DNA of 64,000 nucleotides, from NCBI GenBank assembly GCA_016186695.1, contig JACPLC010000002.1, positions 31,335-95,334 of the forward strand, given 5' to 3'. Position numbers and translations under genes: made by a program. This document shows, one piece after another, positions 19,383 to 27,624 of the stretch (position 1 is its first letter; each line of letters starts with the position of its first letter). Under the pieces are notes generated by a model, which was not told the origin of the DNA, searched no databases, and worked only from the letters and a program-made list of their open reading frames with translations. Source of the stretch: Candidatus Kaiserbacteria bacterium (GTDB lineage: Bacteria > Patescibacteriota > Minisyncoccia > Phycocordibacterales > UBA2100).

Positions 19383-20170
19383 TGTTCGTGATTTGCCGGT
19401 GTCTTTATTTCATAGAACGGTGCGCCGATCTCGAACGCTACTCTATTTTTCGCCGGAATGCGCTCCTGCATCTGAATGTCGCGCAGCTCCAGCGTGCGAC
19501 GTCCCATTTCCTCGAGCCCGAATTCTTGTTCACGGCCCTGTCGTATTGCGGATTCTCTGTCCCATACACGCCCATTCGCCGCTTTCATGTCGGCGATCCA
19601 TTCGTCTTTGACATTGATGCCATCACTGCGAAATGCACCTACTACCTTCGAGTAGAACGCGTATTCACGCTCGAAGGATGGATAATTTTTATTGCCTTTG
19701 AGACGCTCTAGCTTAAGTGCGGTAATGGTGAGACGGTCGACAGTCTCATGGAGGGGCAGTTTGTATGGCGTTTCAGCCGGTATCTGTTCTCCAGTGTCGA
19801 AAAAATCAGTGCCAAGCACCTCGGCCATTTTTGCGCGCTTCACGATGCGTTCGTCGTTCAGATCACGTAGCTGAACTGCAAGTTTGCCCACGTTCTCATT
19901 TGAGAGTTTGTTCTTCTTTGCGTTGCGGATGGCCTCCTCGACGTCCCAGAGTCTTCCATTCACCTCCTTCATGGTGGCGATCCACTCATCGTTGAGCGGG
20001 ACGCCGTCTTTGCGGTATGCATCCAAAACTTTCTTCCAAAACGCGGTTTCGTTCGCGATGGATTGCCGGTTCTCGTCATTTTCGGCTCGTTCATGCTTCA
20101 GTTCGATAATGGTGAATTTGTCGATGGCATCGAGGAGAGGGACCTTGAGATCGCTGTTAAGGTATTTCAT
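19379..20170 (-). CDS. Hypothetical protein built from two tandem ~125-aa repeats
   Basis: Repeat 1: ..DKFTIIELKHERAE..ETAFWKKVLDAYRKDGVPLNDEWIATMKEVNGRLWDVEEAIRNAKKN. Repeat 2: ..DRLTITALKLERLK..EYAFYSKVVGAFRSDGINVKDEWIADMKAANGRVWDRESAIRQGRE. Charged and helical; no family recognised. Confidence 0.5.
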   Translation of the reverse strand: MKYLNSDLKVPLLDAIDKFTIIELKHERAENDENRQSIANETAFWKKVLDAYRKDGVPLNDEWIATMKEVNGRLWDVEEAIRNAKKNKLSNENVGKLAVQLRDLNDERIVKRAKMAEVLGTDFFDTGEQIPAETPYKLPLHETVDRLTITALKLERLKGNKNYPSFEREYAFYSKVVGAFRSDGINVKDEWIADMKAANGRVWDRESAIRQGREQEFGLEEMGRRTLELRDIQMQERIPAKNRVAFEIGAPFYEIKTPANHEQ

Positions 20171-20324
20171 GGAAAACCAGTGTACCCGGTTGTAGATGGT
20201 AGCGAAAGAGGTTTCTGTAACTCGGCAGATTGCTGATGCGCTGTCAATGTCGATTTTACGCCAGAGCTAGGTGATTTGCACGAAGTGCATCGCTACCATT
20301 CACAACGGGGTGTACCATAGCGTG

Positions 20325-21263
20325 ATGCTTAATCTCGAAATGTTGATCAAAGAGGAACTGCTTCCACTTCGGCTTCCCTCGTTTGTCGAAAAAACACACG
20401 AGCAGCATATAGCGTGGCGCGCATACGGATTCGGGGCATGGCGTCGCGGTGAGGTGAGTTTGCTCGAATGTGTGGAGAATCTTATGCCGGGACGTTTTAA
20501 ATCTCCGGAGCTTCAACACAAGCTCCAAGCCCTTCTCGACCGCGAGCTCGAGGGTATTTTTGAACGTGCAGGTCTCTATCAAGAGGTACCGACGCTCTTC
20601 GAAAAGCCGTTTATTGCCACGAGCCCACAGAGATTCAAGAATTGGCTTGTCGCACTTCGGCTTATCAACGAAGTAATCTTGCAGGATGAATACCGCGCGC
20701 GAGGGCGTATTACGGAAGATTCGATCGTGATAGATGCCGGAGCGAATATCGGCACGTTTAGCGTGTTTGCGGCGACGCTCGCGTCACGCGGGAAGATATA
20801 TGCGTTCGAGCCGGCGCGATCGACCTTTGATACACTCGAAAAAAATCTGGGAACCTACGCGAACGCTGTCGCGGTACAAAGTGCGCTCGGGGATCGTTTA
20901 GGCGAGACGGAGCTCCTGATCGAGAATTCCTCCGGCGAAGGAAATACGCTCACGGAATCCGGCATGAGCGGATCATATAGCGGCAAAGAAGAAGTTCCCA
21001 TCACGACCATCGACGCGTTCGTCCACGGGCAGAAACTTTCTGGTGTTGATTTCATCAAGGTTGACAGCGAAGGGTTCGAGAAGCAAATCCTCGAAGGTGC
21101 AACGGAGACGATAAAAAAATATCGTCCCGCTCTCTCACTCTCCGCATACCACAAGCAAGGGGATCCGGCGCGTCTCACGGCGCTCATCAGCAGCTATTCT
21201 CCTCACTATCGATTCGAACTTAAATCAAGCCCCGAACTCGATCTCATCTGCGACGCGAGGTAG
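20325..21263 (+). CDS. FkbM-family SAM-dependent methyltransferase
   Basis: ..VIDAGANIGTFSVFAATLASRGKIYAFEPARSTFDTLEKNL..DFIKVDSEGFEKQILEGA.. Start taken at MLNLEMLIKE (the maximal ORF starts at 20271). Confidence 0.7.
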   Translation: MLNLEMLIKEELLPLRLPSFVEKTHEQHIAWRAYGFGAWRRGEVSLLECVENLMPGRFKSPELQHKLQALLDRELEGIFERAGLYQEVPTLFEKPFIATSPQRFKNWLVALRLINEVILQDEYRARGRITEDSIVIDAGANIGTFSVFAATLASRGKIYAFEPARSTFDTLEKNLGTYANAVAVQSALGDRLGETELLIENSSGEGNTLTESGMSGSYSGKEEVPITTIDAFVHGQKLSGVDFIKVDSEGFEKQILEGATETIKKYRPALSLSAYHKQGDPARLTALISSYSPHYRFELKSSPELDLICDAR

Positions 21264-21296
21264 CTGCCCGCCTCTGTTCGCGATATCCTTTTCGTA

Positions 21297-22091
21297 ATGA
21301 CACTCGAGACACCAAAGAAGGACGACACTGAATCATTTGCTAACCCCGAGACAAAACTTCCGCGGGCTGATTGCCTTGCACTTCTTGGTAGAGGTGTCGT
21401 TAGGGTTAGCTCCGGCGAGGAGGAGCATTGGAAACTTTCACGTTACATAGAGGAAGTGGAACCTGGCAGAGAGGGTGGTTCATCCAGAACAGGAGAACAG
21501 GTTAGTGGAGCTATCTCGGAGCTCCCGCAGGAGAATCTCATTATTTCAGGCGGCACGGCGGGTGTGTTGGGAGCGCTTCAATATCTTGAAGAAGTGGAAG
21601 GAAAGAAACCGCTTGTAGTGATGGCCGCGGGACGTCCCCCGTACTTGAAAAATGCGCCAGAAGAAATGAGCGAAGGGTCAGTTATGAAAAGGGAGCTATT
21701 GCGACGGTTGGATGAGTCGCCCGAGGTGATTGTGAACGATGACAAGAATACATATGAAGGAGTTCTACACTCTTTACAGACGGCACAGGAGCGCGGACGT
21801 TCATCTATCGTTTTTACGACCATCGAGTTGCATATGCCGCGAGTAAAGGAACTACATAAGTACATTGTGCAGGAGCGCCCCGAACTTCGCGCCCTCAAAG
21901 CCTATTTCGTTACAGCTGAGGATCTGCTACGTCGGCGGTACGCGGGGTATCTTCCTCGGCTCGAAGCGTTCGAAAGGATCCAACAGGAGCTCCACGAGAG
22001 CGATGCATGGAAGCGAATGTGGGAGAGAGAGCAACGTGGCGTTCAAGATCTCAAAGAGGGAACCTACCGTCGAGATTGGAAGGATCTGTAG
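21297..22091 (+). CDS. DUF218 (YdcF/SanA/ElyC-like) domain protein
   Basis: ..LIISGGTAG.., ..SEGSVMKRELLRRLDESPEVIVNDDKNTYEGV.. and ..IELHMPRV.. parallel the DUF218 pattern (SEAevMkryL..nTyeNa..HMpRa). Confidence 0.5.
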   Translation: MTLETPKKDDTESFANPETKLPRADCLALLGRGVVRVSSGEEEHWKLSRYIEEVEPGREGGSSRTGEQVSGAISELPQENLIISGGTAGVLGALQYLEEVEGKKPLVVMAAGRPPYLKNAPEEMSEGSVMKRELLRRLDESPEVIVNDDKNTYEGVLHSLQTAQERGRSSIVFTTIELHMPRVKELHKYIVQERPELRALKAYFVTAEDLLRRRYAGYLPRLEAFERIQQELHESDAWKRMWEREQRGVQDLKEGTYRRDWKDL

Positions 22092-22095
22092 TTTT

Positions 22096-22878
22096 TCAAC
22101 GTTGGCTATTATTGCCTGTCTCAGGGATCGTTTTCGGCCTCTTTATGACCGAGACGCCCTTTCTCTTGACCACCTGCGAGGCGCAGAGGTTTGCGAAGGC
22201 GATCGCTTCTTTGATGTCTTCTGTTTCGGCAAAGCGCACGAGGAGTGCCGCAAAGAAGCTATCACCGGCACCTGTCACGTCTTTGACCTCAACAGATTTG
22301 ACGCCGTATGTCTTGCCACGGAACGAAACGCCCTCGCCGCCGCGCGTGCAGATGATCTTGCGGTCGAGATTGCGTGGGATAGGTAGTGAGTGGTCGTATT
22401 CGAATTTGTTTATCTTGATGTAGTGGGCATTATCGAGGAATCTTCCAATACGTTTTTTCGTATCCACGAACACAGAAGGGTGATTCTTGCAGATGTACCG
22501 GATGTCGTCATGGGCCAGAAACCCTTTGTTGTAATCGGAGATACCCACAAGATCGTATTTTTTCAGCGGGATTTTCTTTACGTTCACACGCGGATAAGAG
22601 TGTTTTGAGTCGACGCGGAAGAAGGCTTGCGGGGTTTTCTCGTGCATGAAGCGTGTCTTGGTGATGGCGCGCCAGTTCTTGTTCGTCGCTATGTCGCACC
22701 ACTGGCGGAGTGCTTTTACGTTCCGCTCGACATTTTTTGCCATCCCCGGATTCTGTGTTTGTTTTGTAACGTGCAGAACGGGTACAGGAATGTCCGGCGC
22801 AAGCCGTATGGTGTCGCAGTAGACGAATACATCGCGGCAGCTCTCTCCGATGATGAGTATGCGCTTTTTCTTTTTCAT
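22096..22878 (-). CDS. D-glycero-beta-D-manno-heptose-7-phosphate kinase (HldA / RfaE domain I-like PfkB kinase)
   Basis: N-terminal KRILIIGESCRDVFVYCDTIRLAPDIPVPVLHVTKQTQNPGMAKNV matches the HldE kinase vervspEAPVPVv..GGAaNVa signature. PfkB motif DVTGAGDSFFAAL. Confidence 0.65.
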   Translation of the reverse strand: MKKKKRILIIGESCRDVFVYCDTIRLAPDIPVPVLHVTKQTQNPGMAKNVERNVKALRQWCDIATNKNWRAITKTRFMHEKTPQAFFRVDSKHSYPRVNVKKIPLKKYDLVGISDYNKGFLAHDDIRYICKNHPSVFVDTKKRIGRFLDNAHYIKINKFEYDHSLPIPRNLDRKIICTRGGEGVSFRGKTYGVKSVEVKDVTGAGDSFFAALLVRFAETEDIKEAIAFANLCASQVVKRKGVSVIKRPKTIPETGNNSQR

Positions 22879-23900
22879 ACAATGGTATACGACGGCGCGA
22901 GGTGCAGTTCCGCAAAGGTAAGGGTTTTCTTGACCATTGGCTTCTTCATAGCACGAAGTATCGCGTTTGCGATATCAACCTTTGTCGGGTACCAGTTTGC
23001 GGTAAGGATCGTTGAGGTCGGGCAGGGAACATTGGGGGCTGCAAGTACCACCGGTCTTTGTTTGAGGGTACACGATTTCATAACACCTGCGACAATCTCG
23101 GACCCCACACCAAACGCCTCGCTCGTCGTATCGATGCAAAGAAGTCGTCCGGTCTTCATCACCGATTTTCTTATAGTGTCGTGATCGATCGGGTTGATAC
23201 TCACGACATCTATGAGCTCGACACTGATTTTTCTCCCGATGAGCTCGAGTGCCTGCAGAGAATCCACAAGACCGTCGCCATATGCGACTACTGTGAGGTC
23301 TTTTCCTTTGCAGAGGACTCGCGCTTTTTCGAGCGGCACCTCGAACATGCGTTTAGGCACGTCCTGCTTGGTCTGGTAAAGCCATCGCGGTTCCAGAACG
23401 AGAACAGGATTCGGGTCGCGCACCGCGGAAATAAGCAAGCCCTTCGCCATGTGCGGTGTTGAGGGGATGACTACTTTTAGGCCCCGAACCGCGCCGTACA
23501 TCGCATAGAGGGCTTGGGAGTGCTGCGGACCGTTGCCCCACTGGCGGCCCACGACGATGCGAACAGTGAGCGGTACGGGATTGCCCCCGCCGAACATGTA
23601 GTTCCATTTTGCCGCTTGCGTAAACATCTGGTCGGAGGCAAGAAGACTGAATTCAACGCGGTCGTGGTGAACGATGGGGCGCAGTCCGGACATTGCTGCG
23701 CCCACCGCGAGTCCGGTGAGAGCCGCCTCCGACGTCGGCGTATCGAGCACGCGGTGCGGATACTTTTTGGCAAGGTCCGTCGTCGTCCCGCCTGCGCCCT
23801 GCGGGACGCCTAAGCCGAGCACAAAGACGCGCTTATCACGCAGGAGTAGCTGTTCTGTTGCTTCTTTCAAAGCGTCCGCGTATTTGATTATCCGGGCCAT
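22875..23900 (-). CDS. ThDP-dependent dehydrogenase E1 component beta subunit-like (transketolase-like pyrimidine-binding plus C-terminal domains)
   Basis: ..RVLDTPTSEAALTGLAVGAAMSGLRPIV..QWGNGPQHSQALYAMYGAVRGLKVVIPSTPHMAKGLLISAVRDPNPVLVLEPRWLY.. ATGA overlap with the kinase gene. Confidence 0.8.
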   Translation of the reverse strand: MARIIKYADALKEATEQLLLRDKRVFVLGLGVPQGAGGTTTDLAKKYPHRVLDTPTSEAALTGLAVGAAMSGLRPIVHHDRVEFSLLASDQMFTQAAKWNYMFGGGNPVPLTVRIVVGRQWGNGPQHSQALYAMYGAVRGLKVVIPSTPHMAKGLLISAVRDPNPVLVLEPRWLYQTKQDVPKRMFEVPLEKARVLCKGKDLTVVAYGDGLVDSLQALELIGRKISVELIDVVSINPIDHDTIRKSVMKTGRLLCIDTTSEAFGVGSEIVAGVMKSCTLKQRPVVLAAPNVPCPTSTILTANWYPTKVDIANAILRAMKKPMVKKTLTFAELHLAPSYTIV

Positions 23901-24043
23901 AAAATTTATCGTGCGTACCCGGTTAGTACAATTTCGAATAATTCCTGCTGTGGCTCTACCTGCGAATGTTGCGCCGCCATGAGAGTGCCATTTTTTATTG
24001 CTGTCAGCTGTTGAATGTTCATACGAAGCGATTCGAAATTGTC

Positions 24044-25030
24044 CTACCGGGCGTACATATCGGTGTAGAGTTCGATTTTCTTGGGATACGGCGATTTCTC
24101 TGCAAACGCAATGTCTTTCCGGACCCTCGTGCGTAGTGTGTTCTCCAGCGAAGAAAGTCTTTTTTCTGTGACACCAATACCCAACAACTCATTGTGCAGT
24201 TTTTTCAACGAATCGCTTTCCTGCCGCTTCTCGGCCGTGTCTTCGTTGCGGTATCCTTCTTCCATGAGGGGCGTGCTATGCGCCATATGACGGTACGTCA
24301 TGCACTCAAGGACCGCCGGCTCACTCTTTTCTCTGATCGATTTGACGAGCGAGAGCGCTTTTTTGTGCACATCGTGGTAATCATTCCCGTCTGCCTGCTC
24401 GTAGCGAGCGCCCAATCCTTCGACGATCTTTTTGACGTCGTAGTTCACGGAGCGGCGGTTCTTGATGTATGAGTTGATTGAAAAGAGATTGTTCTCAATG
24501 ACGAGGAGGAGCGGCAGCTTGTAGAGTGCCGCAAGGTTGTACGTCTCGTAAACGACACCCTCTTCGGAGGCACCATCGCCGTAGAAGGCGACCGTGACGG
24601 TGCCGCGCTTATTGTATTTTTGTTCGAAGGCAACTCCTGCAGAGATCGGAACCACGCTACCGAGGAGAGGAGTCGAGCCGACGAAGTTCACCTCTTTCGC
24701 GATCATATGCATTGAGCCGCCCTTGCCGTGTGCCGAGCCGTTTGCCTTTCCGAGGAGTTCGCACACCATTTTGCGAAAGTTACCCCCCTTGGCGAGGTAA
24801 TGGCCATGGGAGCGGTGGTTGCCCATGACCTTGTCGCCCTTTTGAAGCGCGTCGCACACGCCCACGGCGACCGCTTCCTGCCCGATGTAGAAATGGACCA
24901 TGCTGAATATTTTTTTATCCATGTAGAGCTTCACGAGCTCCTCTTGCGCGACTCGGATGGAAAGCATTCTTCGATACGCCTTGAGGAGCGCGTTCTTCTC
25001 GGCGTTTTTTTTACTCTTTTTTACCGTCAT
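24044..25030 (-). CDS. ThDP-dependent dehydrogenase E1 component alpha subunit-like
   Basis: ThDP-binding motif FYGDGASEEGVVYETYNLAALYKLPLLLVIENNLFSI (GDG-X-NN) and E1alpha-type YRHMAHS loop. Confidence 0.8.
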   Translation of the reverse strand: MTVKKSKKNAEKNALLKAYRRMLSIRVAQEELVKLYMDKKIFSMVHFYIGQEAVAVGVCDALQKGDKVMGNHRSHGHYLAKGGNFRKMVCELLGKANGSAHGKGGSMHMIAKEVNFVGSTPLLGSVVPISAGVAFEQKYNKRGTVTVAFYGDGASEEGVVYETYNLAALYKLPLLLVIENNLFSINSYIKNRRSVNYDVKKIVEGLGARYEQADGNDYHDVHKKALSLVKSIREKSEPAVLECMTYRHMAHSTPLMEEGYRNEDTAEKRQESDSLKKLHNELLGIGVTEKRLSSLENTLRTRVRKDIAFAEKSPYPKKIELYTDMYAR

Positions 25031-26052
25031 AGGTCTACCATGATCCGATTCGCTTTCCCTTCGCGCATCATCGTAATCGCATCATTTATCTTGTCGAGCG
25101 CCGTACGATGTGTGATGAGGAGAGATGTATCGAGGGTCTTCGCATACTTCTGTATGTACCGCCCGATGTCTCTCGCCGGCGCAAACTGGCCTCCCTGTGT
25201 CGCTTTTATCATTTTTCCTTCGCCGCCAAAAAGGTGGACCGCATTCATTATCTCCACACTTGCCCCCGGCTTCGGTTGGCCGACCAAAATGTAGCGTCCA
25301 CTGCCCGCAAGAAGGGGAAGCGTGTCCCGAATGCTCTCAGCGCTTCCTGATGTCTCGACGATAACGTTTACATCTTTGATCCCCGCTTTCCCGAGAGCTT
25401 CTTTGATATCTTCTTTTGCGCTATTGAAGAAGTGTGTCGCACCAAGTGACTTGGCCATCGTCTCTTTATCATGAATATCGAGAGCGATGATTGGATTTGC
25501 GCCGGCGAGTGATGCCGCTTTCGTGAGAGAGGCACCGAGCCCTCCCACGCCGACCACAAGCACGCTTTCGCCCCGCTGCACGTTCGCTTCGTTTTCGATC
25601 GTCGCAAGTGCCGTCGAGAGACCGCAACCGAGAAGAGCGCAAAAGTCGTTCGGCGTATCTTTAGGTGCTACCGTGAGCCTGTTTTCAGAGACGATCGAGT
25701 ATTCGCTCAAGGTCGTTACCTTGCCACTCGACATTTTTCTGCCTTTGTACATGTATGAGGGGAAATCTGATTCGATACCTTCGCCCTTCCGCCAATGCAT
25801 CACGACCTTGTCGCCTTTTTTTACGGTCGTAACACCCTCGCCGACCTTCTCCACGATGCCGCATCCCTCATGGCCGAGAAGATGAGGCACAAATTTTGCA
25901 TTGCCCTTGTAGCCGGCGATCTCCTGCAGCTGCGAGCCGCAAACCCCGCTCACGAGGATCTTTACGAGCACCTGACCATTGCCGAGCGGACCAAGCTCCA
26001 CTTCCGAAATAACAAGGGGAGCGTCAATAGTCTCCAACACGGCGGCTTTCAT
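25027..26052 (-). CDS. Zinc-dependent alcohol dehydrogenase (MDR family)
   Basis: GHEGCGIVEKVGEGV (catalytic Zn), CGSQLQE, NAD-binding GVGGLGASLTKAASLAG. Overlaps the E1alpha start. Confidence 0.8.
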   Translation of the reverse strand: MKAAVLETIDAPLVISEVELGPLGNGQVLVKILVSGVCGSQLQEIAGYKGNAKFVPHLLGHEGCGIVEKVGEGVTTVKKGDKVVMHWRKGEGIESDFPSYMYKGRKMSSGKVTTLSEYSIVSENRLTVAPKDTPNDFCALLGCGLSTALATIENEANVQRGESVLVVGVGGLGASLTKAASLAGANPIIALDIHDKETMAKSLGATHFFNSAKEDIKEALGKAGIKDVNVIVETSGSAESIRDTLPLLAGSGRYILVGQPKPGASVEIMNAVHLFGGEGKMIKATQGGQFAPARDIGRYIQKYAKTLDTSLLITHRTALDKINDAITMMREGKANRIMVDL

Positions 26053-26116
26053 CTGGAACTGTATACCACAAAATTGTTTGCTATGCCCTTACGGGAGAGG
26101 GGGAATTGTACCGTGG

Positions 26117-26860
26117 CTATTCTGCGGAGAATGATGCTGCGGCTGCTTCCTCGGCCGGAAGCATCACTGATTTCTGCGGAGTTCCTCGTATTTTGAAAGA
26201 GTCGTATTCCTCGGGCGTAAGCGTGAACTCGTACTCTTTTCCTTGCGCGTCGTAGCACTTGGTCCACGACTGCTCGCCGATCTCCTGCGCGGCTATCATG
26301 CCCGTGGTCGAAGCAACTGCCTCGCCGAGGAAGTATCCCTCCTCCATATGTCCGGAAGTGGTGTCGTACAGAGGGGCGGTATACGACATCAGACATTGCA
26401 GCTTCACTTCGACGAGCTCGTCGGCCGAGACAGATGGGGTTGTAGATGCTTCTGTTTGAACACTCGGTGAGCTTTCTGTTGTCACGTGTACAGATTCTGC
26501 CGGAGGCTCCGCAGTGGAAGTTGCAACAGCAGGAGATGTCGTCTCTGTTGTGCTCGCAGTGTCCGCGGGTGATGTGGTGGCCGTAGCCGATGAAGTTGTC
26601 ACGACAGATTCTTCAGGGGTTGACGTTGCCGCACCAAGTACGGTTGGTTCCGGAGATATTGCGGGATCAGCCGTCGCTTGTTCGGTCGTTGATACCGGCG
26701 CAGAATCTGCGGTATCGGCGGGAGTGGTAGTTCCTAACAGCAACTCGGTGGAACTTGCCACAACCTGCGCCAAAACAGGTCGAACCACAAAAAATCCAAG
26801 CACGACCAATGCAAGAATCGCGAAACCGAGCCCTATAGAAACTACAATGTTGCTTTTCAT
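26117..26860 (-). CDS. Membrane-anchored Thr/Ser/Pro/Ala-rich (mucin-like) protein with a C-terminal globular domain
   Basis: N-terminal signal-anchor MKSNIVVSIGLGFAILALVVLGFFVV. About 130 aa of low-complexity T/S/P/A/E (..TTSSATATTSPADTASTTETTSPAVATSTAEPP..). C-terminal ~90-aa domain with Cys (..LQCLMSYTAPLYD..WTKCYDAQGKEYEF..). Confidence 0.5.
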   Translation of the reverse strand: MKSNIVVSIGLGFAILALVVLGFFVVRPVLAQVVASSTELLLGTTTPADTADSAPVSTTEQATADPAISPEPTVLGAATSTPEESVVTTSSATATTSPADTASTTETTSPAVATSTAEPPAESVHVTTESSPSVQTEASTTPSVSADELVEVKLQCLMSYTAPLYDTTSGHMEEGYFLGEAVASTTGMIAAQEIGEQSWTKCYDAQGKEYEFTLTPEEYDSFKIRGTPQKSVMLPAEEAAAASFSAE

Positions 26861-26874
26861 GTGATTAATATTGC

Positions 26875-27351
26875 CTAATAAAATGCTAATAATGATGACG
26901 ATGTCGTAAGTCGGTTGGCGTAGTCCCAGAGGTACGTCGTCGTTTGTCCATCGGTTGTCTTTTGCGCGAGGTTGCCGTTCGCATCGTACATGTACGTCGT
27001 GGTACTCACTCCGTTTGAGATTTCAGTCACCGCGTGCGGATTCGCATATCCAGTACCTCCATATGTGTACGTGCTTGAGGCTGTTCCACTTCCGCTCCAG
27101 AGCGCCAGCATGCTCCCCAGCGTGTCGTACTCATACTGCTGCTTGTATGGCAGAGAGTCCGCTGCCGTCGTGGAAGCGGAGAGGAGACGGTTCAGGGCAT
27201 CATACGAGAACACCGTCGTCGCGCTTGAGCTTGCCGCGGCGGGATTTGCGAGCTGCGTGATGTTGCCGAAGGATTTGTACAAGCGTATAGCGCGATATGC
27301 TCGCCACATCACAGCAAGAGATTCGGGGATATTTTCAGTTGATGTTTTCAT
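26875..27351 (-). pseudogene. Rhs/YD-repeat core fragment: a displaced partial duplicate of the adjacent rhs gene, lacking the DPxGL motif and a toxin tip
   Basis: About 120 aa (..NITQLANPAAASSSATTVFSYDALNRLL.ASTTAADSLPYKQQYEYDTLGSMLALW..YANPHAVTEISNGVSTTTY.YD.NGNL.QKTTD..TTTYLWDYANRLT) are near-identical to main-gene residues encoded at about 28804-29280. Both ends diverge (N-term MKTSTENIPESLAVMWRAY.., C-term ..TSSSLLAFY*). Confidence 0.55.
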
Positions 27352-27387
27352 TGTTTAAAAGTATCTGACACCATTATCCAAACTCCA

Positions 27388-27603
27388 TTATCTGAATAAC
27401 CAAGTTAATAAGATAAATATGCCAATGATCAAATTCGTCAAAGCTTGGAAGCGTGCAAATCTTATCGTGCCTTCGGTAGTTTCGCTCTGTTTCCATAGGT
27501 TGTGTCTTACCCAGTTGAAGAATTTTTTACTAAAGAGTCCGAGGGCTCCAATAATTGTGAAAAGGAGTCCAGCCAGAAGAATGACGATATCTTGATTCAT
27601 CAT
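27388..27603 (-). CDS. Small two-TM membrane protein, candidate immunity protein for the Rhs C-terminal toxin
   Basis: 71 aa; MMNQDIVILLAGLLFTIIGALGLF..(TM1)..TNLIIGIFILLTWLF (TM2). Immediately downstream of the rhs stop on the same strand, 21-bp gap, AT-richer than the surroundings. Confidence 0.45.
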   Translation of the reverse strand: MMNQDIVILLAGLLFTIIGALGLFSKKFFNWVRHNLWKQSETTEGTIRFARFQALTNLIIGIFILLTWLFR

Positions 27604-27624
27604 TTTTAGTTGCTACGTTAATAA

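Noticed and set aside
22875-25030. Alternative reading of the E1alpha/E1beta pair as a split transketolase
   Set aside because: The alpha-like subunit has the E1alpha-specific ENN-containing ThDP motif and a YRxxxHS loop rather than the transketolase DDNg/GHxG motifs. The transketolase-like function is kept only as a secondary hypothesis.
26875-27351. Interpretation of the Rhs fragment as a functional orphan rhs-CT toxin
   Set aside because: It lacks the DPxGL core end and any C-terminal domain. After the homologous ~120 aa it has only 9 residues before the stop, and no cognate immunity ORF follows. It is therefore called a remnant or pseudogene.
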